A stretch of 64,000 nucleotides of DNA from Octopus sinensis. Taxonomy: Eukaryota. Made by a program: the position numbers and the translations under genes. The stretch spans positions 8,432,001 to 8,496,000 of the forward strand of contig NC_043020.1 in the NCBI RefSeq assembly GCF_006345805.1. Direction: 5' to 3'. The notes under the pieces were generated by a model, which saw only the letters and a list, made by a program, of their open reading frames with translations, did not search any database and had not been told where the DNA came from. Below, one piece after another: positions 27,121 through 39,172 of this stretch; position 1 is the first letter of the stretch; every line of letters starts with the position of its first letter.

Positions 27121-27519
27121 TGAAAAACTCAAGCGAGCACACATACGATGGGATTCCACACAGTTCTACCGTTTACCAATTTCACTCACAGGCCATTACT
27201 AGCTCCTTGGCTATAGTAAAAAAAAAAAAAATACAGTGAGCTGCGCTATGGGAGTGAAACTGAAACCACGGATTGGAAAGCCAGCTTTTTATATATATAT
27301 CGGCTGTCAAGCAATGCTAGGGGGACAAACATAGACACGCATACATATATATACATATATACGACGGGCTTCTTTCAGTTTCCGTCTACCAAATTCACTC
27401 ACAAATCTTTGGTCGGCCCGAGGCTATAGTAGAAGACACTTGCCCAAAGTGCCATGCAGTGGGACTGAACCCGGAACCATGTGGTTGGTAAGCAAGCTAC
27501 TTACCACACAGCCACGTTT

Positions 27520-28286
27520 TCTGTTTTTAATTATTTAAACTCTTACTTTAAAGAAGGTGCTTGTTACTAACATAAATTCAAAGCTCCATTGTTGGAATAT
27601 AGGTAACGGAAGCAATGTCACATCATAAACCTTAGAAAAGTCTTGCATAGTTTGACTGTTCCGCCTACAGATTATATTTGTAACGTCCGAGTCATCTGGT
27701 TGATTTCTTTTTCTGGGAACCCAAGCCTATCCGGACGGACAGTCAGGCATTTTACTCACAATATCAAGTGCAGCAATTATTACAAGCATAAATGTAAATT
27801 TGTAAACCGGATATTCCGAAGCTGGAGGTTCCGAAGCTGTTGTCTATGGTTATCATCTTCCTCTTGATTTCCATCAGCAGGGCAGCTGGCTTTTTCTTGT
27901 CCATAACCAAGCAATAATATCCGGCTTCTTATGCTTTCACTTGACGGATGTTTTGATGGGGGATATTCCACCAGTATTCTTTGTTCTGATATTTGTGTGC
28001 GTATTCAATAACGTGCAGGAAGTCCCTATATTTATTCCAGGACAGTCCCCCTCTTGGATGGCAGTCTAGATTGTTTTTGCGACGTCTAATTGCATAGGGA
28101 GGCAGCACCTTGATGATATTTTGGGGCAACTGCTGATCACGTGTGTGATGTCTTCTGCAAAAATATTTTCGATTACATCCAAAGGCTTCGCTATCTCTTT
28201 TGTTAATTAGGTATTTAGCAGCAATCTCCTGTTCTTGGATGGCAAATGCATAACCTTCAACGTGTGATGTGATGTCACTTGGCCAA
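27520..28286 (-). pseudogene. R4/Dong-like (restriction-like endonuclease) LINE 3' fragment, copy 1
   Basis: EGYAFAIQEQEIAAKYLINKR, EDITHVISSCPK (H-x4-C), WWNIPIKTSVK*KHKKPDII, CPAD, YKFTF and GGTVKLCKTFLRF, read across frameshifts. Confidence 0.8.
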
Positions 28287-28410
28287 ACATCCCTGAAAGT
28301 TTCATCCGAATCCATCCAGTGGTTCTTGAGATATCTTGTCCACGGACAAACCAACAAACAAATATAACTGAAAACAATACCCCCGCCTTAGCGAAGGCGG
28401 AGGTAATAAT
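28287..28410 (-). mobile_element. 5' part of Helentron-associated (HINE/DINE-1-like) element
   Basis: attattacctccgccttcgctaaggcgg hairpin end plus tgtttgtt/gtccgt tract; matches 49950-50072. Confidence 0.7.
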
Positions 28411-30071
28411 TCTTTTAAATTTTGGAACAAGGCCAGCAATTATTTTGGGGAATGAATTTACGCTAACCTCAGTGCTCAACCGAGACTTTATTTTATCGAT
28501 CCAGAAAAAAAGACCCCCAAAAAACAAAGCTGACTCCTGCGGTATTTCAGCTTAACACGTAAAGAGCTTGAAGAAACATCACTCGACATTTTGTCCGACG
28601 CAATATCTTCCCTGCTTGCTCGCTGCAATAATAACGACGATGATAATAACGGTTTTAAATTTTGGCACAAGGCCAAAAATTTCAGCGGTGGAGATAAGGT
28701 ACTTATTTTGTCAACCCCGAAAGAATGAAAGGCAAAGTGGACCTCGGTGGAATTTGAACTCAGAGCGTAAAGATGGACGAAATGCCACTAAGCATTTTAT
28801 CCAGCGTGCTAACGATTCAGCCAGCTCGCCGCCTTCGTAGCAGTTCTTTTTTAATTTTGGCAAAGGGCTGCATTTTTTGAGGGACAGAGGCAAGCTGATT
28901 AAATTTACCCTAGTATTAGACTGGTACTTTATTGCATCGACTTCGAAAGGATGAAAGACAAAGTTGACCGTGGCAGGATTTGAACTCAGAGTGTAAAAAA
29001 AAAAAAAACGGAAGAAAAGTATTACTGCAAAGTACTTAGTCATTAAAATCCCCGAAACATCACCAAGAAGCTCTTGAAACGTCGGCCTCTGAAGGAAAAG
29101 AGCACTCAGTAAAACAACAACAACACACACAAAGGCGATATTAATCAGGGTCGTACCCCTCCTTCCGACTTACTCTGTTTGATAAGGTATTGAAATACTA
29201 GTGATAAATGTCAATTATGTGGCCAAAAATTCGGGTTTCTTCCGGGCAATCCCAATACTTCAGGTCCAGGAACTAGAAATAAAAAAGCTTTTTTTCTTTA
29301 AACACTTAAAACAGATACTAGCCAATGATGTACATGTGTGCGCGCGCATGCACTTATGTGTGCACATACGTATTATATATACGCGTGTCCATATATAGTG
29401 TGTGTGTGGAAAGCAATCACAACTCACAACAAAAACGTCACGGCTTTTGTGTGTGTGTGTAAGACATGGCGGGATTTGAACTCAGAATTGCACCAGACCC
29501 GGAACAGGTAAATAGACGCGTATTGTCCGTCGTTCTAACAAATCCGTTCCAACCCATAAACTGTCGACTCATTGGACAAGAGATCAATACAATTAGAATC
29601 GGAATTTGAACTGCTCTAAGACGAATCCAGTACGCATAGTTTTAATGTATAATAATATACACGCGCACTAACAGGCAGAGAAGCTGGATAGATTCTTTCG
29701 TGGTAATAATTCCGGCATTCTATACTCTGAGTTCAAATAGAGCGGAGGTCAATTTTGCCTTTCATCCTTTCGGAATCGGCAAGTAAAGGGCCAGTCTGGG
29801 ACGGGTGTCGATTCTTCCGTTTCTCTCTCATTCGGTCTTTCCTATTTTCTGTCTGTCTGTCCTGTCTGAAAGACGTCTGTTGTTCTTAGATCCGGATACG
29901 GAATGAACATCGCCGAAACTAGAAAATGCCCAGGGCAGGTGCCTAATACGACTGAACGAAAGATTTTGAAAGGTCCTCGACACGACTTGAGTGATACACA
30001 CACACACACATACACGCACACGCTGCTCGAAGACTTGAAGACAGTAACATTGACAGGAAACGAAGCCTCTC

Positions 30072-30671
30072 TTGGCCAAGTGACATCACATCACACGTTG
30101 AACGTTATGCATTTGCAATCGAAGAACAGGAGATTGCTGCTAAATACCTAATCAACAAAAGAGATAGCGAAGCCTTTGGATGTAATCGAAAATATTTTTG
30201 CAGAAGACATCACACAACGTGATCAGCAGTTGCCCCAAAATATCATCAAGGTGCTACCTCCCTATGCAATTAGACGTCGCAAAAACAATCTAGACTGCCA
30301 TCCAAGAGGGGGACTGTCCTGGAATAAATATAGAGACTTCCTGCACGTTGTTGAATACGCACACAGATATCAGAACAAAGAATACTGGTGGAATATCCCC
30401 CATCAAAACATCCGTCAAGTGAAAGCATAAGAAGCCGGATATTATTGCTTGGTTATAGACAAGAAAAAGCCAGCTGCCCTGCTGATGAGAATCAAGAGAA
30501 AGAAGATCACCATAGACAACAGCTTCGGAACCTCCAGCTTCGGAATATCCGGTTTACAAATTTACATTTATGCTTGTAATAATTGCTGCACTTGATATAT
30601 TGTGAGTAAAATGCCTGACTGTCAGTCCGGATAGGCTTGGATTCCCAGAAAAGGAAATCAACCACATGACT
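30072..30671 (+). pseudogene. R4/Dong-like LINE fragment, copy 2 (inverted relative to copy 1)
   Basis: Near-identical to the reverse complement of 27690-28286, with shared stops and frameshifts. Confidence 0.85.
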
Positions 30672-31278
30672 TGCAGGAACTGATTAGATTTTGGAATCGA
30701 TCCGGTTCTGGACACGGATTCTGGATTATTTTTCCTGTTCTTTTTTTACTTAATGTTTGGGAGCGGTCGGGTTCATTTTTAGTATTCTCGTTTGAGTTTA
30801 TTTCAGACTAGCAGTATCGCCCGGCGTTGCTCGGGTTTGTAAGGGAAATAACTATAAAGCATTTTTATAGAGTTATAGCCAAAAAAATAGCAAAAAATGG
30901 GGGGGGGGAAATGATGGTAAATTTTTGGGGGGAGAGTTAAAAAGGTCGAGTTGCGTCCCCTAGACCATCTGTGGTTTGTGCTTCTGATTCTCGACCCCAT
31001 GTTGAATTTATTGATTTTTTTCAGAACTGGGGGAACTTTTCAAAATTTTCGCTGCGTTAGTTTTGAATTATGACATTGGGCTATGTGTGTGTCAAGTTTC
31101 ATCAGAATCGGTTGAAAGCCGTGGTCAGGGTGACAGACACACAGACAGACAAACTGCCGTTTATATAGAAAGAGAAGAGATATTCTCATTTTCAAAATCA
31201 TTTCTGCCTAATCGTTGAGAGGACGTTGGTGTTGGCTTGGTGGACGTTTGCGCTCTCTGAGTGCTTATTATTATTATT
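30665..31278 (+). mobile_element. 3' part of HINE-like element, split by a nested insertion
   Basis: Matches the reverse complement of 49704-49935; interrupted at tttcag^atattctc. Confidence 0.75.
30807..31179 (+). mobile_element. Nested non-autonomous Helitron-like element
   Basis: Starts ACTAG..cccggcgttgctcggg, has (acag)n near its 3' end, ends tatatagaaagagaag; no obvious TSD. Confidence 0.6.
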
Positions 31279-31397
31279 TATATTCACTTCCATTTGACAC
31301 CCGCCCGAGTAGCCGTTCCCTGCAAGAAGCAGACAAAAGGCTTTCATTTATAGTTCTCAGTTGAAGTGGTTTTTACTTATGTTGTAAATTCAGGTCA

Positions 31398-31433
<36 letters not shown>

Positions 31434-31586
31434 CAACGACTCAGCCAATGACCAGCTCGCACTTTGGAGTGACAAAAAGTGCGACTGCATTTAGCAAATG
31501 ACAGATTTTTAAGTGACGGTAAAACAGTTGTTTGTGTGTGTCTCTGAATGGTTAACACATACACATTTTTTTCTTTCTTTCTTTCT

Positions 31587-32200
31587 TTTTTACTTGTTTC
31601 AGTCATTTGACTGCGGCCATGCTGGAGCACCGCCTTTAGTCGAGCAGATCGACCCCGGGACTTATTCTTTTGTAAGACCAGTACTTATTCTATCGGTCTC
31701 TTTTTTTGCCGAACCGCTAAGTGACGGGGACATAAACACACCAGCATCGGTTGTCAAGCAATGCTAGGGGGGGCAAACACAGACACACAAACATATACAC
31801 ACACATACATATATATATATATTTCTTTACTACCCACAAGGGGCTAAACACAGACGGGACAAACAAGGACAGATAAACGGATTAAGTCGATTATATCGAC
31901 CCCAGTGTGTAACTGGTACTTAATTTATCGACCCCGAAAGGATGAAAGGCAAAGTCGACCTCGGCGGAATTTGAACTCGGAATGTGACGACAGACGAAAT
32001 ACAGCTACGCATTACGCCCAGCGTGCTAACGTTTCTGCCAGCTCACGACAGGCTTCTTTCAGTTTCCGTCTACCAAATCCACTCACAAGGCATTGGTCGG
32101 CCCGGGGCTATAGCAGCAGACACTTGCCCAAGGTGCCACGCAGTGGGACTGAACCCGGAACCATGTGGTTTGTAAGCAAGCTACTTACCACACAGCCACT
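31587..32200 (-). mobile_element. SINE S1 split by S2 inserted in its central (TA)n
   Basis: Tail half 31587-31819, head half 32045-32200. Confidence 0.88.
31820..32044 (-). mobile_element. SINE S2 nested in S1
   Basis: Near-full S2. Confidence 0.9.
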
Positions 32201-32437
32201 CCTTTCATTCTGCAATCGTTTTAGTTTCTGTACAGGATCTTGGATCAAAACACTCACATGGCACGTTCAACCTGTTGTGTGAGAGAGAGAGAGAGAGAGA
32301 AATTACCATCACTTAACGTCTATGTTCCATGCTGGCATATATTGGACGGTTTCACAGGGTCCTAACCGCTAGGTTACGGGGGCGTAAACAACCAGAACCG
32401 GTTATCAAGCAGTGGGTGGCAGGCACAAACAGAATCT

Positions 32438-32478
<41 letters not shown>

Positions 32479-32683
32479 CTCTCTCTCTCTCTCTCTCTGT
32501 ATATACATATATATATATATATATATGTAAAAAGTAAAAATATATACAAACTGGGACAAGAACGTGAAACACCTAGAAGACGACACAAGAACCACAGGAC
32601 GGGACATCAGTCGCCACATGATTGACCGCTAAATCCACAAGTTTTCTTCTTCTATTCTCTCTCTCTCTTTATTTCCTCATATT

Positions 32684-32721
32684 CTTTTCTGTTGAAGAGC
32701 GTAGGTTCGAAACGTGAAAGA
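32684..32721 (+). ncRNA. PLE-A hammerhead-like motif, probably inactive (GUG site)
   Basis: CTTTT-CTGTTGA-A-GAGC(GTAG)GTTC-GAAAC-GTG-AAAGA. Confidence 0.5.
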
Positions 32722-32820
32722 CTTTCTCACCTTCCCGAGCGTCAAACTAATACACCTGCTTGTTGTTCCATCACCTGTCTTCGTCCTTTTTTTTCTCTGT
32801 AAATTTCAACTATGTATATA

Positions 32821-32855
<35 letters not shown>

Positions 32856-32858
<3 letters not shown>

Positions 32859-33208
32859 TCTTTTTACTCTTTACTCTTTTACTTGTTTCAGTCATTTGAC
32901 TGAGGCCATGCTGGAGCACCGCCTTTAGTACTTATTCTATCGGTCTCTTTTGCCGAACCGCTAAGTAACGGGGACATAAGCACACCAGCATCGGTTGTCA
33001 AGCAATGCTAGGGGGACAAACACACACACAACACATAATACATATATATACATATATACGACAGGCTTCTTTCAGTTTCCGTCTACCAAATCCACTCACA
33101 AGGCATTGGTCGGCCCGGGGCTATAGCAGAAGACACTTGCCCAAGATGCCACGCAGTGGGACTGAACCCGGAACCATGTGGTTGGTTAGCAAGCTACTTA
33201 CCTGCGCC
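32856..33208 (-). mobile_element. SINE S1
   Basis: Reverse complement of S1 with internal deletions. Confidence 0.88.
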
Positions 33209-33420
33209 TATGTATATATGTATATAGAAAATAGTAAAAAGTGAAAAAACTACAGAAGGCTTGTTTTAAAAGGTTAAAAAATATATATTTGAGTCATTAT
33301 GTCAGAAGAATGTTATAAATTTTTTTCATACAGTGACATAGTTTTTGAAGAAATTACCGGTTTCGTGTTTAACTTTTCAAATTTCTCAAAACATTGTTAT
33401 GATTTCGTTTATATATATAA

Positions 33421-33755
33421 AGGGTAAAGACCCCTTCGGTCATGAGTGACCATGGGTTTGCACCTAGAGAGTTACCCTCTGAGGCACAAGTCTGGGCAAG
33501 GTTGTTTTATGGAAGACCAGTAGTCGCCCATGCATACCGGCCTCCCCTCTCCACGCCACCAGTGTTATCCAAGGGAAAGACAAAGGTCGATACAGCTTGG
33601 CACCTGTGACGTCGCAACTCATTTCTACAGCTGAGTGAACTGGAGCAACGTGAAATAAAGTGTCTTGCTCAAGAACACAACACGCAGTCCGGTCCGGGAT
33701 CGAGCTCACAACCTCACGATCGTAAGCTCGACGCTCTAACCACTGAGCCATGCGC

Positions 33756-33756
<1 letters not shown>
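33421..33756 (-). mobile_element. tRNA-derived CORE-type SINE, full length
   Basis: GGCGCATGGCTCAGTGGTTAGAGCG head; CORE-like gtgttgtgttcttgagcaagacactt; degenerate relatives near 44025-44160 and 56740-57390. Confidence 0.85.
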
Positions 33757-33812
<56 letters not shown>

Positions 33813-33832
33813 TATATACACACACACACCCA

Positions 33833-33872
<40 letters not shown>

Positions 33873-33984
33873 CCACTCCTCTCACTTTTACCCACATTTC
33901 CTAACTATTTCTCCATCTTATTCCTACTCCTTTTTCTCCTGATACATCACACACACAGAGGCTTATACATGCATATATATATAT

Positions 33985-34015
<31 letters not shown>

Positions 34016-34589
34016 ATTTGTTTGTACGTGTGTGTGTGTCGCTGACCTTTTTTGACACAATTAACTCTGGGGGTGGCATAAGTCTTGTGTCTAAAGTGAT
34101 CCCTAACATTTTCTGTGTTGATTAAGGCTTGGGTGTTGGCAGAGGAGTGTTTGGTGAGGGCTCACGTGTATCCCTCCCTCCAAAGGACTAGTAGACCCCT
34201 ACAGCTGAGTGTCAATCGTTACTTTCTCTCTCTCTCTCTCTCTCTCTTTCCCTATTCCTTCCCCGCCACTCTACAACCCTGTTCCTTTCCATATATGGAC
34301 TGTTTGGTTGTATGTATGTATGTGTGTGTGTTTGAATTGAGTGACTGAGTGTATATGTTGATTCAGCTGTGTTACAAGTATGTACTATATGTGTATGGGC
34401 GTGTGTAAATATGTGTGTATATGTGTATAAATGTGTGTACACAATTATTTATATGTATAAATGTGTGAACAACGAAACATACCTGTACACACCACACACA
34501 CACTATATATATATATATAATATATATATATATAATATACTTTCCACAATTATTAATATGTATAAATGTGTGAACAATGAAACATACCT

Positions 34590-34669
<80 letters not shown>

Positions 34670-34890
34670 TCCAGCATGGCCACAGTCAAATGACTGAAAC
34701 AAGTAAAAGAGTAAAGAGAGGCGAGCAAGGTAGTCACCCCGATACGATCATGGGTGGAAAATAAAGGCAGTGATAGGAATAGATCTAGTCTTGAAGGTGA
34801 ACAAGTGAAAGAGACATGTTTCCGTCTTATTGGGCCTCTATATGACAAAAGTCTATTCTACTCACCAAAACCTAGAAGTCATCAGTGTGC

Positions 34891-34939
<49 letters not shown>

Positions 34940-35880
34940 AGTTTGCCTCAGCTCCACATAACTTATAGTTTCGTAGGCGTGTGGGACAGGTCCATCTCAT
35001 CAGATGTTCGGAGCTGACTGAGAGTTTTGAAAGAAAGGCAAGCTAGCATCAGATTAGTTGGGTCTGTCTAACGGCCACACAAAATTTTAAGTCTCGTAAG
35101 CACTGATTCAAACTGTTATTTAAAATATAAAGTAACTCCTGCTAAATATATCGAGTACTACTTTCGTCTGTCTACATCGCACGCGCAGTTAAAGAGTAAT
35201 GCGTTCCGAAAGATCCTGATATAGGAAACTAGTATGTTTCAAGTATGCACACAGCTAGTACAGATGACAAAAATTGGACAACATACGACAACGAGTGTTT
35301 AGTAAACATCGTCGTATGTTTATACACTTTGTCCCATATCGAAATCAATGGAAAGACAGTCATAATAAGCGGTTTCACAACGAAAATTGTCAAATATACA
35401 ATAAAAATTCAAGAATATTATAAGATATGAGGGGTTTTAGTTCACTGATAATCTAAACAAATAGGTACGCTGTGTCAGGGCTATAATTTGGTCATCCGTT
35501 AAGTTCCAAGTTCACAGCTGAGGCTGGAGCCAGGGCCTCCGAGTTAGCAGCTATATATATAATATATATATATTATATATATATTCGTGTACATCGTTCG
35601 TTTTCCGTCCTTGTGTTGTATACATTCGAAGCTTTCTTCCAAGGGATCTAATGCGCTTGGCTTAGACTTCCCTTGGGGGCTGCCCTGGTCGGAGCAATCT
35701 CGAGATTAATCAGCCGAAATTGCGAAGATGATCCGGTTCTTGACTGATGACTGAGGGCTTCGAATGTCCCGTCCTGTGGTTCTTGTGATGTATTCTAGGT
35801 GTTTTACGTTCTTGTCCCAGTTTGTATATATTTTTTACTTTTTACATATATATATATATATTATATATATATATATATAT

Positions 35881-36086
35881 AGTTAATCCAAACAAGAAAA
35901 CAAAAACAAAAAGACAACAACGCAAAGATGTGGAACAATTAAAGTATTATTGGACGCTCAGGAAAGAAGGGAAGTAGGAGGGTTTGACGTTTCGAGTGGA
36001 GCTCTTCGTCGGAAACATAGAAGGAAAGATCCCGAGAAGGGAAGACAGAGGGAAAAAATCGCTAGTGATACAGACGAGGTCACATA
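35881..36086 (-). mobile_element. Penelope-type terminal fragment PLE-B
   Basis: Homologous to 39046-39270, 41604-41806 and 58003-58200; ends in (TA)n. Confidence 0.75.
35982..36016 (-). ncRNA. PLE-B hammerhead-like motif, U4C variant
   Basis: GTTT-CCGACGA-A-GAGC(TCC)ACTC-GAAAC-GTC-AAAC. Confidence 0.55.
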
Positions 36087-36180
36087 CTAAGGACAACAAA
36101 ACCAAGGCATTTAGAGTATTTAGTTAAAGTGAATTTAATTATCTTAGATGTATATGTAAGTGTGTGTATTAAGTAAAAGG

Positions 36181-36374
36181 ATTTTGGATAATTCTTTATT
36201 AGCGCTTTCGTTTCATATATCGAGACTCCTCAGATATGAGTGGTACAGAAAATTTCTTTGCCTTTTATACAAATCTAGAAAAGGGTGTTTTAAGGCAAAG
36301 AAATTTTCTGTGAGGCATATCTAAGGTGTCTCAGCGAATGAGACGAAAGCGCTAATGGAGAACTATCCAAAATT
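36181..36374. repeat. Inverted repeat (arms about 88 bp) of PLE-C; each arm carries a hammerhead-like motif
   Basis: Left arm (minus): CATAT-CTGAGGA-GTCTC(7)GAAAC-GAAAG-CG-CTA-ATA; right arm (plus): CTAAGGT-GTCTC(7)GAGAC-GAAAGCGCTA; third fragment at 38781-38850. Confidence 0.75.
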
Positions 36375-36900
36375 CTGAGTGAGAGAGAGAGAGTTCTCCG
36401 AGGGAACCTCTTGATGATATCTCAATTTATTTCAAATACCAGCTAAATCTATCCGTCCCACATTATAGCTTACCGTCCTTAAAAAAAATTGGAGCAAAAG
36501 AATGTAAAAATAACACTAGATAATGTAGATACAAAGACGGGATGGCCACAAATGGGATATCTCTTCCATGGGCCTGCTGGATCGAATTGACCTGGGGTTA
36601 AACAGCAAATACCAACAACCCTCCCCCCCCAGAAGATTCCCACCTCCCTTCAGTTCTTCATATATATTCTGATAAACATTTATATACACACACAGTAGCT
36701 CTTGTCTCCCTCGTACGTATACAGATAGTTCGTCTGACAGACACACGCCATGCGCAGTTTAAACACACACGTATAAATAACCCACACGCATTCTAAGAAT
36801 AAACACGCAACATATAATACTACTACACACACACACACACACACACACAAGCGCACACGCACACGCACGCTATCATCGGAGAATAACACTGGCGCACATA

Positions 36901-36933
<33 letters not shown>

Positions 36934-37915
36934 TCTCTGTCTGCCTCTCTTTCTCTCTCTTTCCCCACCTCGCTCTCTTCCTCTGCTACATCTATACACA
37001 ACGTCACGAACCGCGGCATTTGATTGGGGAGGTCCCACGCTCTCTCTCTCTCTCTCTCGCTCTTTCTTTCTCAGTCATTCCTTTTCTACCTCTCTCTCTC
37101 CTCTCTCTCTCTCTCCGTATCTTCTTCCTCTCTCTCTTTGTCTCCCTTCCTCTTTCTCTCTCCGTATCTTCTTCCTCTCTCTCTGTCTTTGTCTCCCTTC
37201 CTCTTTCTCTCTCTCTCCTCCTCCCTCTCGAAAGCTAGCGAAATTTTTTTTTTTTGCTCCAAAGGCATTTTGACGACGCTGAACTTTGACGACGCAGTCA
37301 ACAGTGTGTGGTAGTGGCGATGGTGGTGGTGGTAGTGGCGATGGTGGCGGTGGCGGTGGTGGTGGTGGTGGTGGATATGAGCCGTGTTGGGGAGAGAGGT
37401 TGGAGGGGAGGTGCAGCCGAAAGGAATGTGATGAGAGGAGGGGGTGAGCAAGATGGAAGGGGTGGGTGCGTAGGGTATATATAGCTAAGGAGGTGGAGAG
37501 GAAGAACGAACTGTGATTATAAAGGATGGCGACGGCGGCGGCAGTGGTGGTGAGGGAGGGAGGGAGGGGGCTTCTTCAGAAAAAATACCTTGTAACATGA
37601 AACCCCGTTATTATTAGTCGACGACCCCTGTATACACACACACATACTTTTAACTTTATACATAGCGAAACATCACCATTGCCCCTTACAACCCCTATTT
37701 CAGGGGCGTGCAGTAAGTGTATAAAGGCAAAGGGAGCTGCTCTGGAGAATAGCTCTCCCTCTCTCCCCCCTCTCTCTCTGTATATATATATATATGTGTG
37801 TGTATCTGTCTCTCTACGTTATAAACAACAATCCCTGGGTGTACAAAATATGTTGTATGTGTGATGCGAGGCTGAAGGGAACACAACCTTGACCTATCAC
37901 CCTTTTCATCTAACT

Positions 37916-38014
37916 ATGGCTGGCTCCCTCCTCCCCTCTATAACCCTTCCCGCTGCTCCTCTCCTCCACCTCCAACCGGGGGGAATCAGGGCAGGGGTCG
38001 TAGTAGTAGTAGTA
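37916..38014 (+). other. Weak candidate first exon (MAGSLLPSITLPAAPLLHLQPGGIRAGVVVVV, phase 0)
   Basis: Kozak actATGg, 33 open codons, then GTAAGT; donor lies within (GTA)n and may be fortuitous. Confidence 0.15.
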
Positions 38015-38566
38015 GTAAGTATGTATGTATCTACAAAAATAAAAAGTTTTGTGTTTTGAAAAGAGGGATGTTTGTTGCGATGGCATGAAACGAAATTTCA
38101 AGAAAAAATATAACAAAACCCGTGTCTTTTGTGTTGTTATTCGTTGTCCTTTCTTCGCTGCATTTTCTTTCTTTTCCATTTTTTCCCCATTTTTTGTTTG
38201 TTTTGGGGCTTCTCTACCCCCCCTCCGTCACATCGTCACTTTTGTTGGCACCGTCGCCGCCGCCTCTAGTTGTTTACAAAGATATTGTTTAAAAGAAGTG
38301 GAGGTAAAACTTCTGTTGTCTTCTGTGACGTTTAGAAGTCTCTTGAATTTTTTTTTGTTTTTCAGGGAATTCTTATTTTTTTTTTTAAGGTTTTCCTCTC
38401 GTCTTTTATTTTCTTTCTTTCTTTTTTTTTTCTTGATTACCTTTTTTTTTTATGAATCTAGAAAAAAAATTGCGAAAATTTCGGTAAACATATCCACACA
38501 AACATTGGCAAAACAATCAAAATAAATAGAACTCTCTCCCTCTCACTCACATTATTCTTTTAAGCA

Positions 38567-38658
38567 AGAATATTGTTGACAGTGTTTCGAAGTTTCGGCC
38601 TGCAAATTTCTGACTTAACTGGCCGAAAACTTCGAAGTCACTGTCAGTCTAATACTCT
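38567..38658. ncRNA. Pre-miRNA-like hairpin (~33-bp stem, 20-nt loop)
   Basis: agaatattgttgacagtgtttcgaagtttcggcc / ggccgaaaacttcgaagtcactgtcagtctaatactct; single copy in the window. Confidence 0.35.
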
Positions 38659-38732
38659 GCAAAAGCATAGAACAACCCATCAGATTTAACTTAAAATTAT
38701 ATCTATCATAAATGAACATGAAAAAAAACATT

Positions 38733-38783
<51 letters not shown>

Positions 38784-39137
38784 CGCTAATAAAAAAATTA
38801 TCCAAAATCCTTTTTCTTAAACACACACTTACATATACATCTAAATATATATATATATATATAACAAAGGGTAAAATTAATTAATTAAGAAGTAATCAAT
38901 AATTTCACCAAGTAGAATTCGGTAAACTTAAGTAAATACTTAATAATTAGGGTTCAGCAAAGATTTGCTTTACCACATACCGAAGTTTAGAAATAGCAGC
39001 CAAAAACTTTAGCTATTTCTTCTATATATATATATATATATATATAATTTTAATCCAAACGGGAAACAAAAAAACAACAACAATGGAACAATTACAGTAT
39101 TATTATTAATAGGCGCTCAGGAAAAGGAAGCAGGGAG

Positions 39138-39172
39138 GTATGACGTTTCGAGCGGAGCTCTTCGTCGGAAAC
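39138..39172 (-). ncRNA. PLE-B hammerhead-like motif, U4C variant
   Basis: GTTT-CCGACGA-A-GAGC(TCC)GCTC-GAAAC-GTC-ATAC; within repeat 39046-39270. Confidence 0.55.

Noticed and set aside
29040-29190. Open frame SLKSPKHHQEALETSASEGKEH... with AAG|GTATTG
   Set aside because: The acceptor lacks a pyrimidine tract and I recognise no homology.
33680-33756. tRNA-like sequence (also 18469-18540 and SINE heads)
   Set aside because: No complete cloverleaf; it continues directly into SINE body sequence.
35280-35320. Short hairpin aacatacgac...gtcgtatgtt; also tcgcacttt/aaagtgcga near 31457-31484
   Set aside because: Too short for a pre-miRNA and expected by chance at this scale.
35630-35830. CTGATGA in a repeat also seen at 32530-32610
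   Set aside because: No G10.1-C11.1 stem or GAAA in register.
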